This document shows positions 27,584-37,228 of a DNA stretch of 64,000 bases, piece after piece. Source of the stretch: a virus. The DNA lies in IMG/VR virus record IMGVR_UViG_3300046832_000578; one strand, given 5' to 3'. Position numbers and translations under genes: made by a program. Positions within the stretch are counted from its first letter, which is position 1. The number at the start of each line of letters is the position of its first letter. The notes under the pieces were generated by a model. That model made no database searches. It had not been told where the DNA came from and was given only the letters and a program-made list of their open reading frames with translations.

Positions 27584-29242
27584 ATGCAACTATTTGGCTT
27601 TGAGATAAAGCGTAAACAAGGACAGGAACTACCGAGTGTAGTTCCTCCTAGTCCAATTGAGACAGGATCAACTGTAGTAAACACTGGTGTTAATGCTGGT
27701 GGGCACTACGGTATGGTCATGGATCTTGAGGGCACGATTAAAAATGAAAATGATTTAATTCGTCGTTATCGTGAGGTTTCTCAGTATAGCGATTGTGATG
27801 GTGCGATTGAAGATATCGTAAATGAAGCAATCGTTGCAGATGAGGATAAACGATCTGTTGAGTTAAAATTAGATGAATTAAAAGTTTCTGCTTCAATTAA
27901 AAGTAAAATTAAAGAAGAATTTGATAATGTACTCCGTATATTAAAGTTTGATGAAAGAGCACATGAACTTTTTCGTTCATGGTATATCGATGGAAGATTA
28001 TATTATCAAATTCTTATAGACGAAAATAATATTAAACAGGGTATCGTTGAACTCCGTTACATCGATCCTCGTAAAATTCGTCGCATTAAGAATATTAAAA
28101 AAGAGAGAAACAAACAAGGTGTTGATGTTGTAAAAGAGATCGAAGAATATTATCTTTACAACGACAAAGGAATTACAGAGCAAACAACACAAGGTGTTAA
28201 GTTGGCTCTTGATTCAGTGGTCTATGCTCCATCAGGATATGTAGATCAAAATACTGGAATGATGATGTCTTATCTACATAAGGCAATCAAACCAGTAAAT
28301 CAATTAAAGATGATTGAAGACTCTTTGGTCATCTATCGTATCAGCCGTGCACCTGAACGAAGAATTTTTTACATTGATGTTGGTAATTTACCAAAGTTGA
28401 AAGCAGAGCAGTATGTAACGGACATTATGAATAAGTTCCGTAACAAGATTGTTTATGATGCAACTACTGGTGAAACTCGTGACGATCGTCGTCACTTGTC
28501 AATGATGGAAGACTTCTGGATGCCTCGTCGTGAGGGTGGTAAAGGCACAGAGATTACTACTCTTCCAGGTGGACAAAATCTGGGTGAGATTCAGGACATC
28601 GAATACTTCCAAGGTAAACTTTATCATGCATTGAATGTGCCAATTAGTCGTCTACAACCACAACAAGGTTTTAGTATTGGTCGTTCACAAGAGATTTCTC
28701 GTGATGAAGTTAAGTTTAATAAGTTTATTGTTAGACTTCGTAAGAAATTTAGCGTGTTGTTCTCTAACGCATTAAGAGTACAACTAATCGCAAAGGGTGT
28801 TATTCGTGCAGATGAATGGGATGAGATTCGTCCATTCTTGAAGTATGATTATCTAGAAGACAATCACTTCTCTGAACTAAAAGATTCTGAAATTCTAATG
28901 CAAAGAATTCAAAGTCTGCAAGCATTGGATCCATATGTTGGTAAATATTATAGCCAAACTTGGGTTCGTAAAAATATTCTTCGTTTAGATGAAGATGAGA
29001 TTGAGCAGATTGAAAAAGAAATCTCTGATGAACAAGAAATTCAACTTGGTCAAGCAGAAAAAGCAGGAATGTTAGATGGTGCACAACAAGCTGCAACACA
29101 AAATTATATGGCACAGAATACTGAACAACCTGAAGAGCAAGAACAACAGCCACAAGAAGATGATCAAGCAACAGAGGAACAACCAGTACAACGAGAGTCA
29201 GCTAAAGTTAAACAACTAAAAACTGGCACTTGGCCAAATTAA
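27584..29242 (+). CDS. gp20: Portal vertex protein gp20
   Basis: WYIDGRL, IDPRKI, SYLHKAIK.VNQLKMIEDSLVIYRISRAPERRIFYIDVGNLPK.KAEQY, EDFWMPRREGGKGTEITTLPGG. Confidence 0.97.
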   Translation: MQLFGFEIKRKQGQELPSVVPPSPIETGSTVVNTGVNAGGHYGMVMDLEGTIKNENDLIRRYREVSQYSDCDGAIEDIVNEAIVADEDKRSVELKLDELKVSASIKSKIKEEFDNVLRILKFDERAHELFRSWYIDGRLYYQILIDENNIKQGIVELRYIDPRKIRRIKNIKKERNKQGVDVVKEIEEYYLYNDKGITEQTTQGVKLALDSVVYAPSGYVDQNTGMMMSYLHKAIKPVNQLKMIEDSLVIYRISRAPERRIFYIDVGNLPKLKAEQYVTDIMNKFRNKIVYDATTGETRDDRRHLSMMEDFWMPRREGGKGTEITTLPGGQNLGEIQDIEYFQGKLYHALNVPISRLQPQQGFSIGRSQEISRDEVKFNKFIVRLRKKFSVLFSNALRVQLIAKGVIRADEWDEIRPFLKYDYLEDNHFSELKDSEILMQRIQSLQALDPYVGKYYSQTWVRKNILRLDEDEIEQIEKEISDEQEIQLGQAEKAGMLDGAQQAATQNYMAQNTEQPEEQEQQPQEDDQATEEQPVQRESAKVKQLKTGTWPN

Positions 29243-29254
29243 CAGGAGAATATT

Positions 29255-29467
29255 ATGAATGAAACAGTACACAATTTAGTAGATGCGATTGCCTCTGGTG
29301 ATGCTTTAGGAACACAAAATGCTTTTGCAGCTGCAATGGCAGAAAAATTATCTACAAGATTAGATACTATGCGTGCTGATGTAGCACAAAGCATGTTTGC
29401 TGGACAGGAAACTCAAGAAGAAGTTGTTGAAGAAAATCCTGTTGAGCCAGAACAACAAGTTGGCTAA
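29255..29467 (+). CDS. Small acidic prohead core-like protein (gp67 position)
   Basis: 70 aa with an acidic C-terminus, directly after the portal gene; AGGAG SD. Confidence 0.55.
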   Translation: MNETVHNLVDAIASGDALGTQNAFAAAMAEKLSTRLDTMRADVAQSMFAGQETQEEVVEENPVEPEQQVG

Positions 29468-30012
29468 TGTATTATACTGAGTTTACCAAATCTATTAAAA
29501 GATCTAATGTTGTTGAAAGCATTAGATCTTATCTTCAGTTAATTGAAAAGACTGATGACGGTAAAATTTTAATAAATGGTATTGAAACAGAGTTTACAGA
29601 GTTAGAAGAAGCAAGAGAACATATTAAACAAGACTACATTTCGCATCAATTAGAAGAAGAAGTATCAAAAGAACTATACGAGGAATTGTCTGAACATACA
29701 GTAGCGAATATTATTAAAGAATATTACGATGTTAAAGTTACAGATACGCTAATCGAAACATACTTACAGCTTGCTTCTTCTCATATGTTTAGTGTAGACC
29801 CAGTTGTTCATGAAATTAGAAAGTTAAATAAACTTGATAGACTTGTTGAAAATAAATTGCATTATGTACTTGAAGACGATTCAATTGTAGCAATTGATTT
29901 GCGAACTCAAGAACACCTAAATAATTTATTACAAAAACAAACAGAGATTATTGAGTATATGAGAGAATCAAAAGAGAATTTCTTTCATGTGCTTAAACAA
30001 ATAGAGGAATAA
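29467..30012 (+). CDS. Hypothetical prohead-region protein
   Basis: 181 aa ORF between gp20 and gp21. Confidence 0.6.
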   Translation: MYYTEFTKSIKRSNVVESIRSYLQLIEKTDDGKILINGIETEFTELEEAREHIKQDYISHQLEEEVSKELYEELSEHTVANIIKEYYDVKVTDTLIETYLQLASSHMFSVDPVVHEIRKLNKLDRLVENKLHYVLEDDSIVAIDLRTQEHLNNLLQKQTEIIEYMRESKENFFHVLKQIEE

Positions 30013-30014
30013 AG

Positions 30015-30443
30015 ATGGCAGTTACTAAAACAGTTCTTAAAAATACAAATCAGGAAACCATTATTAAGGTTGCTGGCACTGCTGCAAGTTCAACTATTGA
30101 TTTACAAACTGACTGTTTAGCTAGCACGCAAGCAATATCTGGTGCGACACAAACAGCTAATATTGTTGCATGTAAATGGTGCGGATTAAATAACAGTACT
30201 ATTACTATCACTAGAAATTCAGTTAACATTTTAACACTTAATGGTGCTGATGCTGGTGATTTAGATTTTTCTGCTGGTTACGGATTTGTTGACAGTATTG
30301 AAAATACCAGTGATGTTGTTGTCACAGTTGCTGGCGCAGAAGCACAAGTATACTTAACTTTACGCAAAGTTGGTGGTTATGCTACTAAGGTAGAAACTGC
30401 AGTATTCGGTGCATACGATGATCAAACTGCAGTAGGGAGTTAA
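30015..30443 (+). CDS. Hypothetical virion-associated protein
   Basis: 142 aa beta-rich ORF; GAGG SD; CTAAATA box at 29917-29923 upstream. Confidence 0.6.
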   Translation: MAVTKTVLKNTNQETIIKVAGTAASSTIDLQTDCLASTQAISGATQTANIVACKWCGLNNSTITITRNSVNILTLNGADAGDLDFSAGYGFVDSIENTSDVVVTVAGAEAQVYLTLRKVGGYATKVETAVFGAYDDQTAVGS

Positions 30444-30447
30444 TTAA

Positions 30448-31101
30448 ATGAGACTTATTAGAGAAGTTACAGAAAAAGTTAATCTTGTTACTGAACTCCA
30501 TGAGGGTAAGGGTAAAGAATATTTTATTGAAGGTGTATTCCTTCAATCAGAAATCACTAACCGCAACAATCGTATGTACAAAGAAAGTACAATGGATCGT
30601 GAAGTTGCTCGTTACATTAAAGAGTCTGTTGATAATAATCGTGCCTATGGCGAACTAGGTCACCCAGACACCCCATCAATTAACCTTGATAGAGTATCCC
30701 ACCTAATCACTTCTTTGAAAAAAGAAGGTACAAATTATATCGGCAGAGCAAAGATTCTTGAAACTCCAATGGGTCAAATTGCTCGTGGTCTTTTAGATGG
30801 CGGTGCTAACCTTGGAGTTTCTAGTCGAGCACTTGGATCTCTTAAAGTAAATGAAGATGGTATTCAAGTTGTTCAAGACGATTTTATGCTGTCCACTGCA
30901 GCTGACATCGTTGCCGACCCTTCTGCTCCTGACGCTTATGTTAGAGGCATTATGGAGAATAAAGAGTGGGTATTTGTTGATGGAAAGTTTGTGGAAAAAC
31001 ATATTGAAGAAGTTAAAGCTATTATTAGAAAAACTTCTTCTCGTAATTTAGAGGAAGCAAAGATAGTCGCTTTCCAAAAGTTTCTGAGTAAAATCAGATA
31101 A
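30448..31101 (+). CDS. gp21: Prohead core protease gp21
   Basis: YFIEGVFLQ...NRNNRMY, RAYGELGHP, LGVSSRALGSL, DIVADPSAPDAYV. Confidence 0.96.
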   Translation: MRLIREVTEKVNLVTELHEGKGKEYFIEGVFLQSEITNRNNRMYKESTMDREVARYIKESVDNNRAYGELGHPDTPSINLDRVSHLITSLKKEGTNYIGRAKILETPMGQIARGLLDGGANLGVSSRALGSLKVNEDGIQVVQDDFMLSTAADIVADPSAPDAYVRGIMENKEWVFVDGKFVEKHIEEVKAIIRKTSSRNLEEAKIVAFQKFLSKIR

Positions 31102-31111
31102 ATAATAAATA
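31097..31111 (+). promoter_or_regulatory. Tandem late promoter-like boxes (GATAAATA/ATAAATA)
   Basis: Upstream of gp22-gp23. Confidence 0.55.
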
Positions 31112-31145
31112 ATATAACAGAACTATCCAGTTACAGGAGAAAACG

Positions 31146-32117
31146 ATGTCAATCGAACAAAAAATTGCTGAAATCTTAGCAGAATCTAAAAAAGCAAAAC
31201 TTGCTGAGCAAGTAGCAGACGAGGTTGTGGAAGAGATCACTGAAGAAGAAGTTAAACCTGCTGCAGAAAATCCAAACCCAGACAATGCTAAAAACAATGT
31301 CGAAGATGAAAAAGAAGCAGAGGGTGGTACTTCTAAGAAAGAAAACGCAGCGACCAAAGGTGCGGTTGCAGCTGAGCCTAGCCACCTAAAAGGTGTCAAG
31401 GAAGATATTGATGCACTTATGAATGGTGAAGAACTTTCTGAAGAGTTCAAAGCGAAAGCAACTACCATTTATGAAGCTGCAGTTATGAGTCGTGTTAAGC
31501 AAGAAGTAGCACGATTAGAAGAAGAATTCGAAAGCAAACTTGCTGAGCAAGTTGCAAAGAATGTAGAGGGTCTTGTTGAACAAGTTGATGGATATCTCGG
31601 CTATGTAGCTGAGCAGTGGATGAAAGATAATGAAATTGCCCTAGAGCGTGGAATGAAGTCTGAAATTCTTGAGAGTTTCGTGGCTGGTATGAAGAACCTA
31701 TTCGAAGAGCACTACATCGATGTTCCTGAAGAGCGTTTCGATGTGCTTGGCGAAATGGAAAACAAGATTGAAGAACTTGAAGCAAAACTTAATGAACAGA
31801 TGGCAACTAACATCGAGATGTCTAAGACTATCGCTGAACAGAAGCGTGCTGAAATCGTTAAGTCAATCAGTGAAGGTCTAACTGACACTGAAGTAGAAAA
31901 GTTTACTGGTCTTGTTGAAGAGTTGTCATACGAAGATGCACAATCTTTTGAGACTAAAGTAAAGACTATCCGTGAAAATTATTTCACAACAAAGGCAACT
32001 GCTGATGTTAAATCAGTTGTTACTGATGCTCCAGTAGAAACATTGACAGAAGAGAACAAGCCAAAACTTGATCCAACTATGTCTGCGTATCTATCAGCAC
32101 TCAACAAAAATAAATAA
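31146..32117 (+). CDS. gp22: Prohead core scaffold protein gp22
   Basis: LSEEFKAKATTIYEAAV, VDGYLGYVAEQWM..NEIA, LFEEHYIDVPEE, KTIRENYF. Confidence 0.93.
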   Translation: MSIEQKIAEILAESKKAKLAEQVADEVVEEITEEEVKPAAENPNPDNAKNNVEDEKEAEGGTSKKENAATKGAVAAEPSHLKGVKEDIDALMNGEELSEEFKAKATTIYEAAVMSRVKQEVARLEEEFESKLAEQVAKNVEGLVEQVDGYLGYVAEQWMKDNEIALERGMKSEILESFVAGMKNLFEEHYIDVPEERFDVLGEMENKIEELEAKLNEQMATNIEMSKTIAEQKRAEIVKSISEGLTDTEVEKFTGLVEELSYEDAQSFETKVKTIRENYFTTKATADVKSVVTDAPVETLTEENKPKLDPTMSAYLSALNKNK

Positions 32118-32128
32118 AGGAAAATAAA

Positions 32129-33439
32129 ATGACTATCAATCGTCAAGATTTAGTTAAGAAGTGGGCTCCAGTTCTGAACTCAGAAGCTGCATCCCCAATC
32201 AAAAATAACTACATTAAAGAAGTTACTGCAGTTCTATTAGAAAATCAAGAGCGTGAATTGCGTCGTGGTCACGAAGCAATGGGCGAGTTGAACGAAGCAG
32301 CACCAGCTAACGCTGTTGGCTCTTATGGTGATACTGGCGGTTTCGCTAAGTTTGATCCAGTTCTAATCTCTTTGGTTCGTCGTGCAATGCCACAACTTAT
32401 CGCTTATGATGTTGCTGGTGTTCAACCAATGACTCAACCAACTGGCTTAATTTTCGCAATGAAGTCACGTTACAGCACTCAAGGTGGTACTGAGGCTCTA
32501 TTCAACGAAGCAGATACTGACTTCGCTGGTACTGGCACTCACTCTGGTGTTTATGACTTCGGTGGTTCTGAAACTACTGGTACTGGTCTAGCAACATCTG
32601 CAGCAGAGCGTCTTGGTCAAGGTGGCACTGGTGATGGTTCTTTCGGTGCAATGGCTTTCTCTATCGAGAAAACTTCTGTAACTGCTAAGACTCGTGCCTT
32701 GAAAGCTGAGTACTCAATCGAACTAGCACAAGATATGAAATCTGTTCATGGTCTTGATGCTGAAGGCGAATTGAGCAACATTCTTTCAACAGAGATCCTT
32801 GCTGAAATCAATCGTGAAGTTATCCGTACAATCTACAAAACTGCAAAAGCAGGTGCAGCAGTTGGTACTACTACTGCTGGTACTTTCGACTTAGATACTG
32901 ATTCTAATGGTCGTTGGTCTGTTGAGAAGTTCAAAGGTTTAATGTTCCAAATCGAGCGTGAAGCCAATGCAATCGGTCAACAAACTCGTCGTGGTCGTGG
33001 TAACTTCATCATCACTTCAGCTGACGTAGCGTCTGCTCTAGCGATGGCTGGTGTTCTTGACTACACTCCAGCACTACAAGGTAACAGTGCATTGAATATC
33101 GATGATACTTCTACTACTTTTGCTGGTGTTCTAAACGGCAAGTACAAAGTATATGTTGATCCATACACTGCCAACGTATCTGCAACTCAGTTCTTCGTAG
33201 TTGGTTACAAGGGTACTTCAGCATTCGATGCTGGTTTGTTCTATTGCCCATATGTTCCACTACAAATGGTTCGTGCTGTTGATCCAAACAGCTTCCAACC
33301 AAAGATCGGCTTCAAGACTCGTTATGGTCTAGTTGCTAATCCATTCGTTGACCTAGATGATGCATCTGGTTCAACTGGTGATCTAACTGCGAACGCAAAC
33401 TACTACTACCGTCGTGTTAAAGTAACTAACTTGATGTAA
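32129..33439 (+). CDS. gp23: Major capsid protein gp23
   Basis: KKWAPVL, AVLLENQ, DPVLISLVRRAMP.LIAYD..GVQPMTQPTGLIFAM, RALKAEYS.ELAQD, FYCPYVPL, FQPKIGFKTRYG. Confidence 0.98.
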   Translation: MTINRQDLVKKWAPVLNSEAASPIKNNYIKEVTAVLLENQERELRRGHEAMGELNEAAPANAVGSYGDTGGFAKFDPVLISLVRRAMPQLIAYDVAGVQPMTQPTGLIFAMKSRYSTQGGTEALFNEADTDFAGTGTHSGVYDFGGSETTGTGLATSAAERLGQGGTGDGSFGAMAFSIEKTSVTAKTRALKAEYSIELAQDMKSVHGLDAEGELSNILSTEILAEINREVIRTIYKTAKAGAAVGTTTAGTFDLDTDSNGRWSVEKFKGLMFQIEREANAIGQQTRRGRGNFIITSADVASALAMAGVLDYTPALQGNSALNIDDTSTTFAGVLNGKYKVYVDPYTANVSATQFFVVGYKGTSAFDAGLFYCPYVPLQMVRAVDPNSFQPKIGFKTRYGLVANPFVDLDDASGSTGDLTANANYYYRRVKVTNLM

Positions 33440-33480
33440 TCCATCGAGTTGGCACTAAGCCGACATAGAAGCGGTACTTT

Positions 33481-33507
33481 AGAGGGATCTTCGGATCCCT
33501 CTTTTTT
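33481..33507 (+). terminator. Intrinsic terminator after gp23
   Basis: AGAGGGATC-ttcg-GATCCCTCT plus T run; CTAAATA late box follows at 33512-33518. Confidence 0.85.
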
Positions 33508-33548
33508 ATTCCTAAATAATAGTATGACACTTATCCAGAAAAGACAAA

Positions 33549-34079
33549 ATGGCTAGTACAATCACATGTCCTGTTCCAACTAACATAAATCCATTATCAC
33601 CTAATGGATTCCTGTTTAACATTCAAAAATTACCGAAAATTTCTTTTTTCTGTCAGTCTGTTAATCTTCCTGGAATTACTTTGGGTGCACCTGAGTTTGG
33701 TAATCCATTTAATATTGCTCCAATTCCTGGTGAAACATTAACATATGATCAACTTACAGTGCAGTTTCTAGTTGATGAAAATATGGAAAACTATCAATCA
33801 ATCTACAATTGGATTGTTGCTCTTGGTTTCCCAGAATCATATGATCAGTATATAACATTCACAGGTAATGACACTGCTAATTATAGCGAGTTGGCAAAAA
33901 ATTATTCTGATGCTACACTACAGATCTTAACAGCCAACAATGCTACTGCAAAGACAGTGCAATTTATTGATCTATTTCCTATTGGTATTGACTCTCTGCA
34001 ATTTGCAGGAACAAATAATGATGTCCAATATCTAATTGGAAATGCAACTTTCCGATACGCACTTTACAAATTCTTGTAA
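33549..34079 (+). CDS. gp3: Tail completion/tube terminator protein gp3
   Basis: NPLSPNGF.F.I.KLP...FFCQSVNLPGI, L.VQFLVDENMENY..IYNWI, YSDATLQIL, F.DLFP. Confidence 0.88.
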   Translation: MASTITCPVPTNINPLSPNGFLFNIQKLPKISFFCQSVNLPGITLGAPEFGNPFNIAPIPGETLTYDQLTVQFLVDENMENYQSIYNWIVALGFPESYDQYITFTGNDTANYSELAKNYSDATLQILTANNATAKTVQFIDLFPIGIDSLQFAGTNNDVQYLIGNATFRYALYKFL

Positions 34080-34086
34080 GACAAAT

Positions 34087-34115
34087 TTGATTTTTTGTAA
34101 TAACTGTGGTATAAT
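34087..34115 (+). promoter_or_regulatory. Sigma70-type promoter for uvsY
   Basis: TTGATT-17 bp-TATAAT; TATAAATG late-like box also at 34124-34131. Confidence 0.6.
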
Positions 34116-34141
34116 AGCAGTTATATAAATGTGAGGTTATT

Positions 34142-34579
34142 ATGAATATTGAACAATTGCAAGAAGAGTGGGACAAAGATTGTCAGATCGATGACAATTA
34201 TCTCGGTGAAAATTCCACAGCAACTCCCAAACTACATGCAAAGTATTTAAAGATACTTGTGCAGGTTAAACTCAAGCACACCAAACTCTCATCAGATTAC
34301 AACCTAACTCGTAAGAATAAGTTTCGCTACTATCGTGGCGAACTTTCTCGTGATGAGTTACAAGATCTGCAGTGGGATCAATGGCAAGGTGTCAAACCAA
34401 TCAAGAATGAAATGGATGAATTCCTAAAAGGTGATGCCGAACTCAACACTATGGATATCAAAATCAAATATCTTGAAACGATGATTTATTTTCTTGAATC
34501 AGTTCTTCAACAAATTAAAGCCAGAGACTGGCAGATTAAAACTGCAGTTGAATGGAAGAAATTCTTGGCAGGAATGTAA
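34142..34579 (+). CDS. uvsY: Recombination mediator UvsY
   Basis: W.KD..ID...L...S...PKLHAKYL, YYRG, R.WQIK.AVEW.KF.AG; precedes uvsW. Confidence 0.9.
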   Translation: MNIEQLQEEWDKDCQIDDNYLGENSTATPKLHAKYLKILVQVKLKHTKLSSDYNLTRKNKFRYYRGELSRDELQDLQWDQWQGVKPIKNEMDEFLKGDAELNTMDIKIKYLETMIYFLESVLQQIKARDWQIKTAVEWKKFLAGM

Positions 34580-36060
34580 TGGTAACTATTGAGAAGTTAG
34601 ATGAAGTCTACATGCGTGTGTTTTCTGATGCTAGTATTGAACAGGAACTAACAGACTTCTTTACCTATGAATATCCAGGTGCAAGATTTACACCACAATA
34701 TCGTGCCAGACTATGGGATGGTAAAGTTCGTTTATATGACCAAGTAAGAAAAACTCTTTACATTGGTTTGATTGAATATGTTCAGCAGTTCTGCGAACGA
34801 AATGATTATTCAATTACATACAAAACAGATATCTCTACATCCAATGGTATAACGCACGAACAGATTGAAGATTATGCCAAATCATTACAGCCGATGGGTC
34901 ATGGCAAACCTATTGAGATTCGTGACTATCAAGTCGAAGCAGTAAAGACTGCACTTGATAGAGAGCGAACACTTCTACTATCTCCAACTGCATCAGGTAA
35001 ATCATTTATCATTTATACAACGATGCGTTGGCATTTAGAAAATAATCGTAAATGTATCATTATAGTTCCAACAACATCTCTGGTTGAACAGTTGTATACG
35101 GACTTTGAAGATTATTCTTCTGCCAATGGTTGGGAAACAAAACAACATTGCCAAAAATTGTATAGTGGATTCACTAAAGAATTCACTAAAGATGTTTTAA
35201 TTACAACATGGCAATCAGTTTATCTACAACCAAAGTCTTGGTTCAAACAATTCGATGTTATCTTTGGTGATGAAGCACATCAATTCAAAGCAAAGTCTTT
35301 AACGACTGTTATGGAAAAGATGGATTCAATTCGTTATAGAGTTGGAACCACTGGTACTATCGATAACAAGAAAGTTCATCGTTTGGTATTGGAAGGGATC
35401 TTTGGTCCAATCCATAGGGTAACTACTACCAAAGCATTGATGGATTCTAATAAACTCGCAACACTAAATATTATGTGTCTTATTTTGAAATACTCAGAAG
35501 AGATTCGTAAGGAAAGAAAGAACAATACGTATCAAGAGGAAATTGATTGGCTTGTAGGTTGTGAACAAAGAAATAAATTTATTCGTAATCTGGCAATCAA
35601 TTCAACAGGAAACACGCTTGTTCTATTTCAGTATGTTGAAAAACATGGAAAGATTCTCTACGAGTTAATTAAGAATAAAGCACATGATACTAGAAAGGTA
35701 TTTTTTGTATATGGTGGGACAGAAGTCACCGATCGTGAAGCAATTCGTCACATTACAGAAGACGAAAGTGATGCTATTATTATTGCTAGTTTTGGTACAT
35801 TCTCAACTGGGATCAATATACCGTCTATCGAGAATGTCGTTTTCGCATCGCCAAGTAAATCCAAGATTCGTAATCTGCAAAGTATTGGTCGTGGATTAAG
35901 ATTAAAAGATGGTAAAACATCCTGTAATTTATTTGATATAGCGGATGACCTTCATTGGAAGTCTTGGAAAAACCATACTCTAAATCATGCAGCAGAAAGG
36001 TATAAAACCTATGCTGAAGAGGAATTTAAAACTAAAATAGTAGAGGTGGACTTATGTTAG
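34579..36060 (+). CDS. uvsW: DNA helicase UvsW
   Basis: WDGKVRLY, RDYQ, SPTASGKS, DEAH, GTTGT, FSTGINI, LQSIGRGLR. Confidence 0.95.
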   Translation: MVTIEKLDEVYMRVFSDASIEQELTDFFTYEYPGARFTPQYRARLWDGKVRLYDQVRKTLYIGLIEYVQQFCERNDYSITYKTDISTSNGITHEQIEDYAKSLQPMGHGKPIEIRDYQVEAVKTALDRERTLLLSPTASGKSFIIYTTMRWHLENNRKCIIIVPTTSLVEQLYTDFEDYSSANGWETKQHCQKLYSGFTKEFTKDVLITTWQSVYLQPKSWFKQFDVIFGDEAHQFKAKSLTTVMEKMDSIRYRVGTTGTIDNKKVHRLVLEGIFGPIHRVTTTKALMDSNKLATLNIMCLILKYSEEIRKERKNNTYQEEIDWLVGCEQRNKFIRNLAINSTGNTLVLFQYVEKHGKILYELIKNKAHDTRKVFFVYGGTEVTDREAIRHITEDESDAIIIASFGTFSTGINIPSIENVVFASPSKSKIRNLQSIGRGLRLKDGKTSCNLFDIADDLHWKSWKNHTLNHAAERYKTYAEEEFKTKIVEVDLC

Positions 36061-36524
36061 ATGGCACAGAGTTGTATGTTATATTGAAATTAACATCTGG
36101 TGAACAGATGATGGCTGTCTTGCGTGAAGAAGATGATGATGCAATTCTACTTGAAACTCCAATGTGCATTCGCACCATTCCAGTCTTAGAAGCAAATCGT
36201 GAACACATCACTGCATCTCCGCTTTGTCAATTCTCCGATGATAGAGTTTTTGTAATACATAAAAAAGATATAGTCTTTTGTAAGAAACTTCATCATCTTT
36301 TTATTCCTCACTATCGTCGTATTGTTGCAGAGCATGAGAAAGTATCTTTTATGTCAAAAGAGGGTACAAAAGAAACCAAAGAAGAACTTACTTGGGAAGA
36401 TGAACCTCTTACGGTAGAAGAAGTCAGAAAGAGAATCAATATGCTACAAGAGATTGTCGGTGGTGAACCGACAGAGAAAGAGGAAGAAAGAACTTATATT
36501 CAAGGAAACGATACAGTACACTAA
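36054..36524 (+). CDS. Conserved T4-like hypothetical protein (Sm-like fold)
   Basis: ILKLTSGEQMMA motif; usual position between uvsW and gp55. Confidence 0.65.
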   Translation: MLDGTELYVILKLTSGEQMMAVLREEDDDAILLETPMCIRTIPVLEANREHITASPLCQFSDDRVFVIHKKDIVFCKKLHHLFIPHYRRIVAEHEKVSFMSKEGTKETKEELTWEDEPLTVEEVRKRINMLQEIVGGEPTEKEEERTYIQGNDTVH

Positions 36525-36549
36525 TCTCTTTATCAACCCTAACACAGTG

Positions 36550-36578
36550 ATTATGCCCCAAGACAAATATAAAAGCAA
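36550..36578 (-). promoter_or_regulatory. Possible minus-strand sigma70-type promoter, divergent from gp55
   Basis: Reverse complement reads TTGCTT-17 bp-CATAAT. Confidence 0.4.
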
Positions 36579-36604
36579 ATCTAAATTGTAACAATAAAAA
36601 AGAT

Positions 36605-36633
36605 TTGTCTTTTCAATAACTTTGATGTATACT
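36605..36633 (+). promoter_or_regulatory. Sigma70-type promoter for gp55
   Basis: TTGTCT-17 bp-TATACT. Confidence 0.7.
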
Positions 36634-36667
36634 TACGGTATATTAATTATGAAAGAACTCCCATGCT

Positions 36668-37228
36668 ATGGCTCAATACGTAAACAACGCTGATTTTCTT
36701 GCAGCTATCTCAGAGTATCGACTGAAAGTTCAACACGCTAAAGAAAACAATTTACCGAAACCACAAATTAGTAATTATATCGGTGAGTGTATTCTAAAAA
36801 TAGCAACCCATCTTTCTTATAAACCAAATTTTATAAACTACTCGTATCGTGATGATATGATTAGCGATGGTATTGAAAATTGCATTCAGTATATTGATAA
36901 CTTCGATCCCTCAAAATCTAACAATCCATTTGCTTATTTCACCCAAATTATATGGTATGCTTTTCTTCGCAGGATTGCCAAAGAAAAGAAGCAGAGTTAT
37001 ATTAAAGGTAAGTTGATTCAAGATATGCCATTTGAGATGTTTGAAGTCCAAGAGGGTGATGATAAAGATTATCATAATGCATATATGGATTTTATGCAAC
37101 AGAATCATACTTTCGATGATACATTTATAGAACGCAAAAAAGCGAAGAAAAAGAAACAAACGAATTTAGATGACTTTATAGGTGAAGATGATGACAGTGA
37201 GCAGATCGATAAGAGACTTGATTCGTGA
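36668..37228 (+). CDS. gp55: Late transcription sigma factor gp55
   Basis: YVNNADFL, YIGECILKIATHLSYKPNFINYSYRDDMISDGIENC.QY..NFDP.KS.NPFAYFTQI...AFLRRI.KEKKQ; C-terminal LDDF. Confidence 0.96.
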   Translation: MAQYVNNADFLAAISEYRLKVQHAKENNLPKPQISNYIGECILKIATHLSYKPNFINYSYRDDMISDGIENCIQYIDNFDPSKSNNPFAYFTQIIWYAFLRRIAKEKKQSYIKGKLIQDMPFEMFEVQEGDDKDYHNAYMDFMQQNHTFDDTFIERKKAKKKKQTNLDDFIGEDDDSEQIDKRLDS

